From positions 1 to 64,000 of the forward strand of contig CAVSLC010000022.1 of assembly GCA_963728565.1 (NCBI GenBank): a DNA stretch of 64,000 bases, written 5' to 3'. This DNA is from an uncultured delta proteobacterium (lineage in GTDB: Bacteria; Desulfobacterota; Binatia; UBA9968). Of this stretch, positions 1-12,465 are shown piece by piece. The notes beneath the pieces were generated by a model. The model worked only from the letters and a program-made list of their open reading frames with translations. It had not been told where the DNA came from and did not search any database. The translations under genes and the position numbers were made by a program. The first letter of the stretch is position 1, and every line of letters starts with the position of its first letter.

Positions 1-979
1 GCCGCTCTTGTCCAGCTCGTGACGAAACTCGAATCGGTGAACTCCTCAGGTTTATGGTTCCAGACCTGTTGTCGTTGCGCGTCATCGCGACGTACTCATA
101 GCTGATTTTCATCCCGGGATGATTGGGATACGGCGTGGGCAGAAACATTTTTGAAAAGATGTCGTAGGATTCATTGACCAACTCATCATCGGGCGTTTTC
201 AGGTATTTTTTGATGACCTTGATGCCGAAATCGCGGTTGGTCTTGAACAGCGCGATGCCTTCTAGGTGCGCCTTCATATAGTTGCGTGATCAGTTCCCGA
301 TCGTTTTTGATTGCCGCCCGGCGCGTGGTGATTTCCATCCACGGGTAGTTGAGTTCCTTGGCGGAATCCCACAGCATGCTGTATCCCATTTTCCGCGCCA
401 GGCCATAGCCGGGATGGGACACGGCTGTCGCCTCGACCGCGCCGGCCTTGAGCGCCATGACCCGCTCGGTATCGCTGCCGCCGGTCGTGACCAGAGTGAT
501 GTCGCGATCCGGATTGAGCCCTTTCTTTTTCGCGATCGAGCGCACCAAAAAATCCGTAACGATCCCAAGCTCGAGACGCCGATCTTTTTGCCTTTCAAAT
601 CCTCCGGCCTTTTGATATCGGGCCGCACCATCAAGGCGTGAACCACAGCGGGCATGGTGTGCGCCAGGATGGCCATGTCGGCGCCGGCGAGATTGGCCGC
701 GATGACCGTCGGCGTGGCGATGGGAATGATGTCCAGGTTGCCGCTGATCAACGCTTTCGATCCGATCCCTGAGCCCATGACCGTAATGACCTCGGCGTCG
801 AGCCCGTACTTCTCAAACAGCTTACCTTCTTTGGTGACGAAGATGATGATGTTGCCCATGCCGACTGAAGGTACGCCGACACGAATTTTTTTGAGCGGTT
901 TGCTTTGCGCGTAGCCTGAACTGATGACGAACAGCGAAAGCACCAACGCAACCGCACAGCCAAATTTGACACGCACCAT
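1..979 (-). CDS. NMT1/THI5/SsuA-like ABC substrate-binding protein (frameshifted, 3' end runs off window)
   Basis: Signal peptide, GLFEKYGLD-like and DLKGKKIGVSSLGS motifs in ORF 290-979; continues in ORF 186-548 and further frames towards position 1; apparent frameshifts near 557, 285 and 60. Confidence 0.85.
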
Positions 980-994
980 GGATCTCCTCGAATC

Positions 995-1028
995 AAACGA
1001 TTGGAACCATTGGAACGACTGGAACGAC
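995..1028. repeat. 9-bp-period intergenic repeat (ttggaacca/ttggaacga/ctggaacga)
   Basis: aaacgattggaaccattggaacgactggaacgac read directly; related units at 17407-17535, 24220-24340 and 28057-28195. Confidence 0.75.
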
Positions 1029-1033
1029 CTAAA

Positions 1034-2781
1034 TCAAACCATCTGCATATACACATCGACCAAGGCCGGTCGTTTCTCTTCTTTGATGACCTTAATCGCC
1101 CGTTCCACCGCCGGGCGAATCTGCTCCGGTTCGGTGATCGGTCCCTCGCCGTGAACACTGAAGGTGCGCGCCAGGTTGGCAAAGTCCACCGGCGGCTTGG
1201 CCATTTCCATACCCACGAGTTTGTTCTCCACCGGCCGGCCGCGGTGGATCGCAACCTTTTCCTGATGCTCCACGTCATTGTAATAGACCCGATTATTGGT
1301 CATCACGGTCAGCAGCGGAACGCCGGTATTGGCGGCGGTCCACAGGGCACTCGGGGTGTACAGCATCTCGCCATCGCGCTGCAGATTGACGCAGATCTTG
1401 CCGGTGCCGCGATAGGGTAGCGATGCGCCGACCGACGCGGCCGGTCCGTAACCCAAACCGCCGCCGCCGTAGCCGCCGAGAAATAGCCCCGGCTTGTCCC
1501 AGGTCCATAGACGGCTCGGCCAACCACGAAACGCGCCGGCGACCAGCAGCCAGTCTTCTTTCTTGAGCGCTTCCCAAATTTCCCAGGCAAGACGCGGCGG
1601 CGAGATCGGCTTTTCGTCCCAGCGCTTCTTGAGATCGGCTTGCCAGCGCGCATGAACTTCTTCGTGCTGCGCTGCCATCGCTTTGCGCCGGTCCTCGACC
1701 ACGCTCTTGGAAAACTTTCCTTGCTTTCTGATTTCTTCGGCGAGCGCGGGGAGAAAGACTCTGGTATTGGCGACGATCGGCAGATCCACCGGCGCCAGTT
1801 CCTGAAAGTCGCTGGTCCAGCCGCGGACGACGATATCTTTGAGCGTGACGTTGATCACTTTACAGCCGGGTTTGGTCGCGGGAACGTTGGCGTGGGTGTT
1901 GGGATCCGAGCGCACCAGCGCGCCGTAGAGATCGGTCATGTCCAGTCCCATGATGACATCGGCGTTGGCGATCAATTCGCGGTTTCTGCCGGTGAGATTA
2001 AGCGAGTGAGTATTGGGAAAATTCAAGCGCGCGCCGAAATCGACCACCGGAATCGACAGCAGATCGGCGAGCGCAACCAGGCTCATCACCGCGTCGTTGT
2101 TGCGCCCGACGTAGTCGGCAAGGATCACCGGGTTTTGCGCCGTCGCTAGTAACTGCGCGGCTTCTTTGATCGCGTCGTAGTCCGCTTGCAGTGGCGCCGG
2201 CGGGCGAAATCGTTTCGGGTCAGGCAGCGGGATTTCCTTTTCGATCGCAGCCTCCTGGTCGGTCACGTCGAAGCAGAGATAGACCGGCCCGCCGGGATCG
2301 CTCATGGCGATGCGATAGCCGCGCATGATCGAGGACGGAAAAGCTTCGACCCCACCGGCTGGTCGTCCCACTTGACGAAGTCGCGCACCAGATTGCCCTG
2401 CACCTGCGCCGTGTGAATCCAGTCGATCCAAGGCCGCCGCTTGCTCGAATTCATCGGCCCGGTGCCGCCCATGACCATCACCGGTGTGTGGTCGCACCAG
2501 GCGTTGTAGATCGCCATCGAGGCGTGCTGCAGGCCGACCACGTTGTGCACGATGGCCGGCATGATTTTGCCGGTCGCCTTGGCGTAGCCATGCGCCACCG
2601 CCACGGCGATCTCTTCGTGGCAGCAGAGAATCATTTCCGGATTCGGCGTGCGGCCGCTCTCGTAGTTGACCAGAGAATCGTGAATGCCGCGAAAGCTCGA
2701 GCCCGGATTGAGCGCGACATATTCGATGCCGAGAACTTTGAGCAGATCGACGACCAGATCGGAACCATACCGTGCTGGCAT
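1034..2781 (-). CDS. Thiamine pyrophosphate-binding enzyme (acetolactate synthase/benzoylformate decarboxylase-like), one frameshift near 2352
   Basis: N-terminal half in ORF 2302-2781 (NPGSSFRG, CHEEIAVAVAHGYAK); C-terminal half in ORF 1034-2794 with variant TPP motif RDGEMLY...NN; GAGG RBS before ATG 2781. Confidence 0.9.
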
Positions 2782-2979
2782 AAAACCTCCTCATTATTCG
2801 ATTGACAAATGCGAAATCGTCGAAACCGAAGATCCGAAAAATTCATATCGCGCAAAATTCCAATCTGTAAATTCGACCGAACGAAGAAATCTTGTTTGGA
2901 TCCGCTCACATTCGTTCGGGATCGGATTTGCTGTCACTTCGGCGTGCTTTGCGTCGTTGTGCAGACTTCTTCTCAAGCC

Positions 2980-3024
2980 AAAAAAAGGCGCGCCCGCAGA
3001 CTTTTAATCGTCCGCAAGCGCGCC
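2980..3024 (-). terminator. Rho-independent terminator after amidohydrolase gene
   Basis: Minus strand GGCGCGCTTGCGGAC-loop-GTCTGCGGGCGCGCC followed by T7. Confidence 0.8.
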
Positions 3025-3054
3025 AATCGGTTCACATCTGACAAATCGCCGCTC

Positions 3055-4119
3055 CTACTGCACCGGATGGGCAATATCGATGTCATAGAGATTTTTGACG
3101 TTGGAATAAACCAGCTTTTTACGGACGTCCGCCGGCAAGTGGCCGAGATCGCGGTCGATATATTTGCTGCGACTCCGGCCAAGTCGAGTTGCCATGCGGA
3201 TAGTCGTTCGACCACATGCAGTTGTCCTGGCCCCACCATTCGAAACTGTGACCGGCCGCGGTGTCGCGGAAGAAAGTCCCAAAGATCTGAGTCTTGAAAA
3301 ATTCGCTGGGATCTTTGGTGATCGGCAGAGGATTCACGCCGCGGAACCGCCTATAATAGTAGTCCCACTGCTGCAGCATGAAGGGCATCCAGCCGATTTC
3401 ATTTTCTACGCTGACGAACTTGAAGCTTGGGATAACGCTCCAGCACGCCGTAGAAGATCAATTCAAAGAAGGCGTCGATGATCTCTTTGAGCTTTAAATT
3501 GACGCTGCCGCGGTAGGCCTCGACGCCGGTTCTTTTGTTGCCGAACACCGACTCCTTGTGGTAGCCGTGCCCGGTGAGAATGTGCAGGTGAACCGGCAAA
3601 TCCAGATGCCTGAGACGCGTCCCAGAATTTATTGTAGTGCTCGGAATGAAACGGCAGGTCAGGATGCGGCGCTTGCCAGATGATCGAACCCTTCACGCCC
3701 GCTTTGGCGCAGCGTTCAAGCTCTTTCACCGCTTCGTCAATATCGTAAACCGAAATGGCCGCGATGCCGAGCAAACGCTTGGGCGATGCGCTGCAATATT
3801 CGATCAGCCAATCATTGTAGGCGCGAAAACAGGCGGCCTGCAGCTTGGCGTCGTCCATAGCAAAGTGCGGCAGAAGATACGTCGGGTACAAGATTTCAGC
3901 GCTGACGCCGTCGGTTTCCATTTCGGTGATTCGGTGCGTCGGATCCGAACCTCCGGGATGAGTTTGAAAACTCTCACCGAGTTTCAACTGGGGAAAACGC
4001 GGCGCCTGGTCTTTGAAACCATTCGGTACCCGCTCGACCAAGATCTCAGACGGCTCCATTACATGAGAGTCGGAAGAGATGATTACTTCGAATCCCGCAT
4101 TATCACCATTACCAGCCAT
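3055..4119 (-). CDS. Amidohydrolase_2 family protein (frameshifts near 3605, 3420 and 3170)
   Basis: SSDSHVMEP, LYPT, PVHLHI and MWSNDYPH motifs spread over ORFs 3463-4119, 3399-3599, 3119-3388 and 3055-3282; collinear with the intact paralog at 35499-36581. Confidence 0.9.
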
Positions 4120-4225
4120 AACGTCCCTCCTTGTGTGTAACCTGATTGGTATTCAGTTCTGATGGTCTCTATTGAAGCTGTATCACCGCGCCCCTCAAAG
4201 CGTCAAGTTTCGGTCAAGGAGGGTC

Positions 4226-4293
4226 GGATTACTGGAGTATTGGAATATTGGTTTTAGCGCATCACTCCATGACTCCACCACTCCATTATTCCG
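4226..4293. repeat. 8-bp-period inverted intergenic repeat (ggagtatt / actccatt type)
   Basis: ggattactggagtattggaatattgg followed by complementary catcactccatgactccaccactccattattcc. Confidence 0.7.
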
Positions 4294-4295
4294 TT

Positions 4296-5294
4296 TTAGA
4301 AGAGCCCCTCTTTTTCAAGTTTGCGGACGATCCGATCATCGACGATATTATCCACTTTTACTTTCCTCAGTTGCTCGCTGCTGTTACCCAGCAAGCGGAT
4401 TACATTTCGCAGCCCCTCGGCATTGGGATAGATACGCCGGTCATAAAGGGTGCGCATCACTTCGTAGCCGGCCTGGGCATCCTCAGGTTTCGACAGGCGC
4501 AGTTCCTTGCTCAAGCTTTTTAGAACCAACGCTCTGTTCGCAGGATTGTTGATGAAGCCAATGGACTCCACCATTGCTCGCAAAGCTTTCTCGGCAACTT
4601 CCGGCGTACGATCGACGAGACTACGCTTGGCCATGACGCCAAGACCCTGATAGGGCACGCCGATTGTGGCCAGATCGGCCAATATCCGGTAGCCCTGGCG
4701 TTCCATCTGCGTGCCAAACGTATAGCCCAGATAAGCGCCGTCGACGATTCCTTGGGTTATCGCCTGGGCAATTACCGACTGATCGCCAAGCACTCTAAAC
4801 TGAATGTTGTCACGCTCAGGGTTGAGCCCCCATTTTTCGAATGCCAGCATCGTAAACATCCAGACGCCACCGCCGATGCTCTGCACGCCGATTCTTTTGC
4901 CTTTGAGATCCTCCGGCGCGCGAATCTTCGGCGCGACGACGAAGGTGCCGTCAAGTTTGTTGATGAGACCGGCAATGAACGCCAAATCGACTCCGCCGGC
5001 CATGGCGCCGATCGAAGAGCCGGTAGCGGAACCCACATGAAACTGTGTTTCGCCCGAAGCCAGGGCCGACATGCCAACGGCGGCGTTGCGAACGTTCACC
5101 ACGGTGGCATCGAGCCCATGTTTCTGAAATATGCCGGCGTCGCGGGCGACGAACAGCACACCGCTGCGCTCGTTGAGACCGCCGAAGGTAAAGATGGCTT
5201 TGTGCGGCGCGGACGCAGCAAAGAGTGGGACAGTAAATAGAAGAACCGTCATTACGATAGCGGGCGACAGAACGATCATAAGCCTTCGATTCAT
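4296..5294 (-). CDS. NMT1/SsuA-like ABC substrate-binding protein
   Basis: Signal peptide, GIFQKHGLD, DLKGKRIGVQSIGG, C-terminal LEKEGLF; probable start MNRRL at 5294. Confidence 0.9.
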   Translation of the reverse strand: MNRRLMIVLSPAIVMTVLLFTVPLFAASAPHKAIFTFGGLNERSGVLFVARDAGIFQKHGLDATVVNVRNAAVGMSALASGETQFHVGSATGSSIGAMAGGVDLAFIAGLINKLDGTFVVAPKIRAPEDLKGKRIGVQSIGGGVWMFTMLAFEKWGLNPERDNIQFRVLGDQSVIAQAITQGIVDGAYLGYTFGTQMERQGYRILADLATIGVPYQGLGVMAKRSLVDRTPEVAEKALRAMVESIGFINNPANRALVLKSLSKELRLSKPEDAQAGYEVMRTLYDRRIYPNAEGLRNVIRLLGNSSEQLRKVKVDNIVDDRIVRKLEKEGLF

Positions 5295-5304
5295 AGTTTC
5301 TCCC

Positions 5305-5338
5305 AATCTAAAATCCAAAATCGGAAAATCTAAAATTG
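5305..5338. repeat. 7-bp-period repeat (aatctaa/aatccaa)
   Basis: aatctaaaatccaaaatcggaaaatctaaaat read directly. Confidence 0.6.
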
Positions 5339-5354
5339 CTCGTCCACTCCTTCA

Positions 5355-8300
5355 TCACGTAAGTTCATCAAGCAGTGCCTTTGCATCTTTCAAATCTGCT
5401 GTGTCAAAGCCTTCCGTGAACCAGCCGTAAATTTCCGCAAGAAGTTTCCGCGCCTCGTCCCGCTTGCCTTGTCTCTGCCACAGGCGACTCAAGCTCATCG
5501 CCGCGCGCAATTCCCATGATTTAGCGCTCTGGCCGGCGCGCAACTGTCAATGCGTTTTGAAAGCTCGCTTCGGCCTGTACTGTGGCCGGCACGCTTTCCA
5601 TCAGCAATAGTTCGCCTTTGACGGCGATGCAGCTCAGCTTCATAGTAACGGTAGTCGGTCCGGTCCACTCGCGCTAATGCATTGTTCAGAACCTCGAGTC
5701 CTTCGGCGGGCTGCCCTGATTTTCTATAGGTGTCAGCCAGCAAAGCAGCACAACGCGCCATCCACCGTCCGGAAGCTCTCCCTCGCTCGATCAAAAAGTT
5801 AGACATCTGCGCTATGCCCTGTTGCCATTGACCACCCTCGGCCACCAGCCATCCTTCAAGGAACCTGACGTTCGCCCGCCCAAGTGCGAACCCCTTTTCC
5901 GTCGCCAGCCGTATGCCCTCTTCCACTCGCTCTTGAACTGCCTGTCCCTCACCGCGGTCCTGGTGGAACCAGGCGGCAAACGCCAAAGCAAAAGACACCG
6001 TGGCCGGGTGAGCTAGCTCGCGAGCCAATTCCACCGAGTCATGGCTTTTTTGCAGTGCTTGGTCTGGATAACCAAGCAGCCAGAGCACTTCAGCCGAATG
6101 AAAGGTGCAGCATACTGCAGGATCATGACCCCCGTACAGAAAGGCATGGTGCCTGTGTTTTTGGCGATCGTAGAGCGCGAAGCCTTGCTCGATGTGCAAC
6201 CGGGCAGAAACCAACTCACCTTGGATAGACAAGTTGGCCCAGAGTTCGTGGTGAGCTTCGAGTAACAACGCAGAATCGCCTGCTTCCTGTGCGAGATGCA
6301 GGAGTTGCTCTCCTAGGTTCTGTCCCCTCCTTAGCTCCCCGCGGCTATCGTGCATCCTGGCAAGTCCCCACAATATCGGGAAAAGGTTCGCTGTGTTCCC
6401 GATCCTGTCGCAGAGTTCGCGGGCCTTCTTGTAGTTTTCTTCGACTTCGATTGCCGCAAAGCTTAGAGTGACAATCAACAGTGGCCCTAGCTCGACTCGG
6501 ATGTGAATAGCTCGTTCGATTGTCTGGCGATTGTCCGGTAGATGACCGACGGCGGTCAATGCCTGCTCGAAGTACGCGATTGCTTCGTGACTGGCAGAAC
6601 GGCTTGCCGCTTTCTTGCCGGCCTGATGCAAATATTCTACGGCCTTCTCCCATAGCTCGCCGCGTGAAGCGTGGTGGGCAAGCAGCTCCACGTGCTCGCT
6701 CAGGCGATCAGGATAGAGCTGCTCGATAGATTCGACGATCTTCGCGTGAAGGGCGCGGCGCCGCTCCTGCAAGAGGCTTCCGTAAGCCACTTCGTGAGTG
6801 AGCGCATGTTTGAAAGTGTATTCCAGATCAGGAAATAGACTGGTCTCGTAGAGGAACTCCGCGGCTTGAAGCCGACTGAGGCTCCGGCGAAGTTCTTCTG
6901 CAGACTGATCCGCGATGGCTTGGAGCAGCACAAAGGGAATATCCTTTCCAACAACGGCGGCGGACTGGAGAAGCCGCTTCTCCTCCGGCGGAAGTCTATC
7001 GATCCGAGCAGCCAACACCGCTTGCACCGTCGCCGGCACCTGTGTGCCTTCCAGTGTTTTTTCCAGCAGATAACTCCCTCGCTCGCCCACTAAGAATTTT
7101 GTTTCGACAAGCGCCCTGACACTTTCTTCTAAGAAAAACGGATTCCCTTCGGTTCGGTTGAGCAATATCTGCTTTAGCGGCTGAAGCGCTGCATGGTCTC
7201 CCAACAGAGCTGCTAGGAATTCGTCGGCGTTTTGAGCCGGGAGCGGATCAACTCGAAGCTGCGTGTAATATGTTTTGTTTCCCCAAGCATGTTGGTATTC
7301 GAGCCGGTAATTAACAAGAAGGAGAAGTCGCACAGTAGGAAGAGTTTCGATCAGGCTGTCGAGAAAGGCTTGGGTCTCGGAGTCGATCCAGTGGAGATCT
7401 TCGAAAACAAGCAGCAGAGGCTGGACCTGGCTCTCGCGCAGAAGCAAACGCTTGATTGATTCCAGCGTACGCTGGCGACGCTGGGGAGGATCCGATGTCT
7501 CCCACTCTGCATCGTTGACGGGCACGATCTAAGAGCGAGAGAACGGCGGGCAGAGTAGACTCCAAAGTCTTATCCAAAGTGAGCAGTTTGCCGGTGACCT
7601 TTTCACGGATTTTCCGCGCATCGTCTCGATCCTGGATATCGAAGTAGCCCTTGAGCAGGTCGATCACGGGCAGATAAGCGGTGGCTTTGCCGTAGGAGAC
7701 CGAGCCGCTTTCGAGGATCAGCCATCCTTGGGTTCGATGCGAATGGATGAACTCGAAGAACAGACGTGACTTACCAACACCAGCTTCTCCGACTACACCG
7801 ACTACCTGACCATGGCCTGCTCGTGCTTGTTCAAGCGCTTTTCGAAGCTGCTCGGTTTCAGCATCACGTCCGACAAATCGAGTAAGTCCGCGACTCGTTG
7901 CCGCTTGCAGGCGAGAGCGCGCAACACCAGCGCTGGTAATTTCATAAATCTCAACGGCGTCAGTCATTCCCTTCATGGTGACCGGACCGAGCGGCTTCAC
8001 CTGCACGTAGCCTTCGGCCAGTTGTAGGGTGTCAGCGCTCATCAAGATGGATCCTGGTATTGCGATCTGCTCCATGCGCGCCGCTAGATGGGTGGTCTGA
8101 CCGACTGCGGTGTAGTCCATCTTGAGGTCACTGCCGATGGACCGCACTACAACCTCTCCAGAGTTCAGACCCACTCTTATCTGAATGGGAATACCCTCGG
8201 TCCGTCTTACTCCCTCAGCGTAATGCTTCACTGACTCCTGCATCTTGAGCGCCGCATAGCAGGCGCGCACCGCGTGATCTTCATGGGCGAGCGGCGCACC

Positions 8301-8735
8301 GAACAGAGCCATGATGCCGTCGCCCATGACTTGATTGACGGTGCCTTCATAACGATGGACGGCGTCGATCATATGCTCAAGGACGGGATCGAGAAGCTTC
8401 CGCGCTTCCTCGGGATCACGGTCGGCCAGCAGCTCCATAGAACCCTTGATGTCAGCAAAAAGAATCGTGACGTGTTTGCGCTCGCCTTCGAGCGCGCTTT
8501 TGGAAGTGAGAATCTTCTCCGCCAGATGCTTAGGCGTGTAAGTTTCAGGTGAAGCAAAGCGCGGTTGAATGACGGCGGCTTGAGCTTCCAATGCTTGCCC
8601 ACATTCAAGACAGAACTTGGCACCCGCGGGAAGCTCGGTGCCGCAGTTAGTGCAGCTGAGGGCAAAACGAGTCCCACACTCCAAGCAGAACTTGGCCCCC
8701 GTCGGATTGTCGTGCTGACACTGCGCGCAACGCAT
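5355..8735 (-). CDS. Double zinc ribbon + class III nucleotidyl cyclase + STAND/AAA ATPase + TPR protein, copy A (frameshifts near 7527 and 5620)
   Basis: Four CxxC, FADIKGS and [12 protein letters not shown] cyclase motifs, Walker A GEAGVGKS, Walker B VFEDLHW, TEGNPFF, FKHAL, C-terminal [11 protein letters not shown]; ORFs 7311-8777, 5495-7525 and 5355-5543. Confidence 0.9.
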
Positions 8736-11700
8736 CAACTCAATTCCTTGAGTTCCGCTTCCGCCCTTTCCAACCACAATCCCATTTCCATCTCGCGCAT
8801 CATTGCGACCGCGTTGCTGAGATGAAGCTTAGCTTTTTCATTATCACCGGTTCCCCGATAAAGTTTTCCAAGACCGCCGTGACAGTGAGCGAGAAGCGGA
8901 CGCATTCTAAGCCCTTCGGCTAGAGCGACCGCTCGTTGATAAGTTTCTTCCGCCTTCGCAAAATCGGTTGGAGTACCAACCCGCGCGATTTCACCGAGGA
9001 CATAGAGTGCCCCTGCTTCACGCGCCGGTTCCGCGTGGTGTCGGAAAATATCAAGGGCGTGGCTGGCGATCGAAGCGGCCTCTTCTAACTTGCCAATTAA
9101 AAGATAACCCTGGGCTAACTCTACACGGGTCGAGGTTAGCCTAATCCGCTGGTTCGCCAAGTCCAAAAGTGGCAGAGCCTCGCCAACTCGACCTGCAACA
9201 GCGTATGCACAACCGAGAGTAACCGCCACCCGGGTAAGATTCTGCCGAATGTCCCATAATCGACAAATTTCTAGACTATGCTCGAGTGCACCTATCGCCT
9301 CACCGATAGCGCCTTTTGCCAGGTCCAAATAACCCACAGCGTAATATGCCGTGTAGAGGTTGTACGGATGATTCGCCAGTTCCGCAATGCGAATCACTTC
9401 GTTCCCATGAGTGGTTGCTTCGGTAAACTCGCCGCGGTCGGAAAGGAGCAAAACCAATTGATAACGCGCCCCAACCGAGGCAAGAAACACTAAGCCGAAA
9501 CGCTCGTAAATCTGATCGCCTACCAGGGACTCGACATTACTTCTGAAATGATTCATCGCGCGATCATAGTCGCCTATCATGCGATGGGCCGCGCCAAGGA
9601 AGTGATTTGCTTGAATCTGGAGATCAAAATTTCCCGTTGCCCGGGCGATCGCGAGGGCTCGTTGTCCGTTTTCGATCGCCTGACTTGGCTCATCCCCCGC
9701 CTGAATAAAGTAACCGCTCAGATAGGCCGAGACTTGCCCGAGCCGATGTTGGTCATCAAAAGCCTCAGCGAGCACTTCCGCCTCACGCATGCGTTCTAAA
9801 ATTTTAGCTTGTTCCCCAAGCGGTTGGAGCGAGCTACGCATGTCGAGACGAATATCGATGGCTTGTTCGATCGTCTGACGATTTTCAGGCAGATGCTTGA
9901 GGGCTTCCAGTGCTCGCTCGAAGTAACTGACCGCTTCGCGATGAGCTGAGCGATCCGCCGCTTTGGCGCCTGTTTGGCGTAGGTACGTCGACTGCCTTTT
10001 CCCACAGCTCGCCCTGGAAAGCATGGTGCGCGAGCAACTCAACCTGCTCGATCAACCGATCTTGATAGAGCTGTTCGATTGCTTCGACGATTCTGGCGTG
10101 CAGCGCGCGGCGACGTTCCTGTAAAATACTTCCGTAAGCGACCTCGTGTGTCAGCGCATGCTTGAATGTGTATTCGAGATCGGGAAACAAGCGCGTCTCG
10201 TAAACAAACTCCGCGGCTTGCAGATGACCGAGGTCGCGCCGAAGTTCTTCTTCCGACAGATCGGCAATCGCGTGCAGCAGGACAAACGGCACATCCTTGC
10301 CGATTACTGCCGCCGACTGAAGCAGATGTTTCTCTTCGAAGCCAAGCCGATCGATACGAGCAGCTAACATGGCGTGGACCGTCGCTGGCACCCGCGCAAT
10401 CTCCAACGAACCGACAAAACGATATCTGCCTGATTCCCCGACCAGAACCCTTGTTTCGATCAGCGTCCTAACGCTCTCCTCAAGGAAAAACGGATTGCCC
10501 TCGGTGCGCTCGATCAAGACCTCCTTCAACGGCGGCAAGCTTGCGTCCTCTCCCAAAACAGCCTCGAGTAGTTGCTGTGCGCTATCGGCAGCTAAGGGAT
10601 CAATCCGCAGCTGGTGATAGTAAGTTTTGCTACCCCAGCCGTGCTGGTATTCTGGCCGGTAGTTAACCAGCAGGAGAAGCGGCGCAGTGGGCAAGCTATC
10701 GATCAAGCTATCCAAGAACGATTGAGTCTCCGAATCGATCCAGTGGAGATCCTCGAAGACCAAAATCAAAGGTTGCACGTGGCTCTCGCGTAAAAACAAG
10801 CGTTTGACCGCATCCAAGGTACGCTGGCGGCGCTGCAGTGGGTCCAGGGTCTGCCATTGCTGATCTTCTGCGGCGACATCTAAGAGCGACAGCAACGCCG
10901 GCATAGCGGGCTCCAGAGTCTTGTCCAACGTCAGTAGCTTACCGGTGACTTTCTCGCGCGCATCGCGCTGAGTGTCGCGGTCGTGAATTTTGAAATACGC
11001 CTTCAGCAAGATCGATGACCGGCAGGTACGGAGTAGCTTTGCCATAAGAAACCGACCCGGATTCAATGATCAAGCATCCCTCAGTGCGGTGCGAATGCAT
11101 GAACTCATAAAACAGCCGAGACTTTCCAACTCCAGGCTCGCCCATCACGGCGACAACTTGACCATGTCCCTTCCGCGCCTGCTCCAAGGCTTTGCGAAGC
11201 TGCTCGGTCTCGACATCCCGCCCAATAAACCGAGTAAGACCTCGACCAGTCGCGGCCTGGAGCCGCGTCCGCGCGCTCCCTGCGCCCGTGACCTCATAGA
11301 CGTCGACGGATTCGCTCATTCCCTTCACGTTAACCGGGCCAAGAGGCTTTACCTGGACATAGCCTTCCGCTAGACGAAGAATATTGGCACTCATCAGGAT
11401 CGATCCTGGCATGGCCATCTGCTCCATGCGTGCAGCCAGATGGGTCGTCTGCCCCACTGCCGTGTAATCCATCTTGAGATCGCTTCCGATCGAGCGCACG
11501 ACTACCTCTCCAGAGTTCAAACCCACTCTTATCTGAATGGGTATTCCCTCGCTCCGTCTGACTCCTTCAGCGTAATGCTTTACCGACTCCTGCATCTTGA
11601 GCGCCGCATAGCACGCGCGCACCGCGTGATCTTCATGGGCAAGCGGCGCACCGAACAGAGCCATGATGCCGTCGCCCATGACTTGATTGACGGTGCCTTC

Positions 11701-12078
11701 ATAACGATGGACGGCGTCGATCATATGCTCAAGGACGGGATCGAGAAGCTTCCGCGCTTCCTCAGGATCACGGTCGGCCAGCAGCTCCATAGAACCCTTG
11801 ATGTCAGCAAAAAGAATCGTGACGTGTTTGCGCTCACCTTCGAGCGCGCTTTTGGAAGTGAGGATTTTTTCGGCGAGGTGCTTGGGCGTGTACGCCTGAA
11901 GCGAGGTGAAATTCGATGCGACGACTTGACCGAGCGTCGCTCCACACTGGCCGCAAAATTTGTTTGTCGGGGGATTTGAAGCTTTACAGGAAGAGCATAG
12001 CGCCTCAAGTCGGGCGCCACATTCGCCGCAGAACTTCACCCCGACGGGATTTTCTTGCCGGCAACGAAGGCAGTGCAT
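8735..12078 (-). CDS. Double zinc ribbon + class III nucleotidyl cyclase + STAND/AAA ATPase + TPR protein, copy B (frameshifts near 11010 and 9990)
   Basis: Same motifs (GEPGVGKS, VFEDLHW, TEGNPFF) in ORFs 10939-12078, 9885-11066 and 8735-10042; its TGA overlaps the ATG of copy A (TGATG at 8737-8733). Confidence 0.9.
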
Positions 12079-12465
12079 TGCGATGGCTCGTTAACTGTTG
12101 ATTAAGAGCGACTCACAGGTCTTAGTCAAGGCGCGGTTTTCTTGCTGGAGCTGAATCGGCAGTAGCAGCGGCATCGAAAGAAGCACAGCGACAACGCGGC
12201 CAAAAACAGCCGATGTTTGGTCACTCCGTAATTCTGATTACTTCTATCCTCGCAGCAGCACGATTTGCAAGGAAGATTAAGGAATATGGATGCGGATAGG
12301 TTAGATCGGGCCTCGCTGGAGCTGGCCGAAGTCAGAGGCTGATGGAGGAATGATCAAGTGCTTTTATACAGCCTGTGACAGCAGCAACGGTGGCTCTCGC
12401 CCTCCACTAAACGATGCTCATTGACATACGCGTAAGCATCGTGCTCGCGCCATCTGTGAGATGTG

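Noticed and set aside
1034-2781. TPP enzyme as glyoxylate carboligase completing the glycolate pathway
   Set aside because: No features specific to Gcl that I can recognise, and it lies over 40 kb from the glc genes
4080-4100. TTCGAATCCC resembling a tRNA T-loop
   Set aside because: It lies within the amidohydrolase coding sequence with no surrounding cloverleaf
8233-11862. Near-identical pair as a diversity-generating retroelement TR/VR
   Set aside because: Both copies are coding cyclase cores, the few differences appear synonymous, and there is no reverse transcriptase in the window
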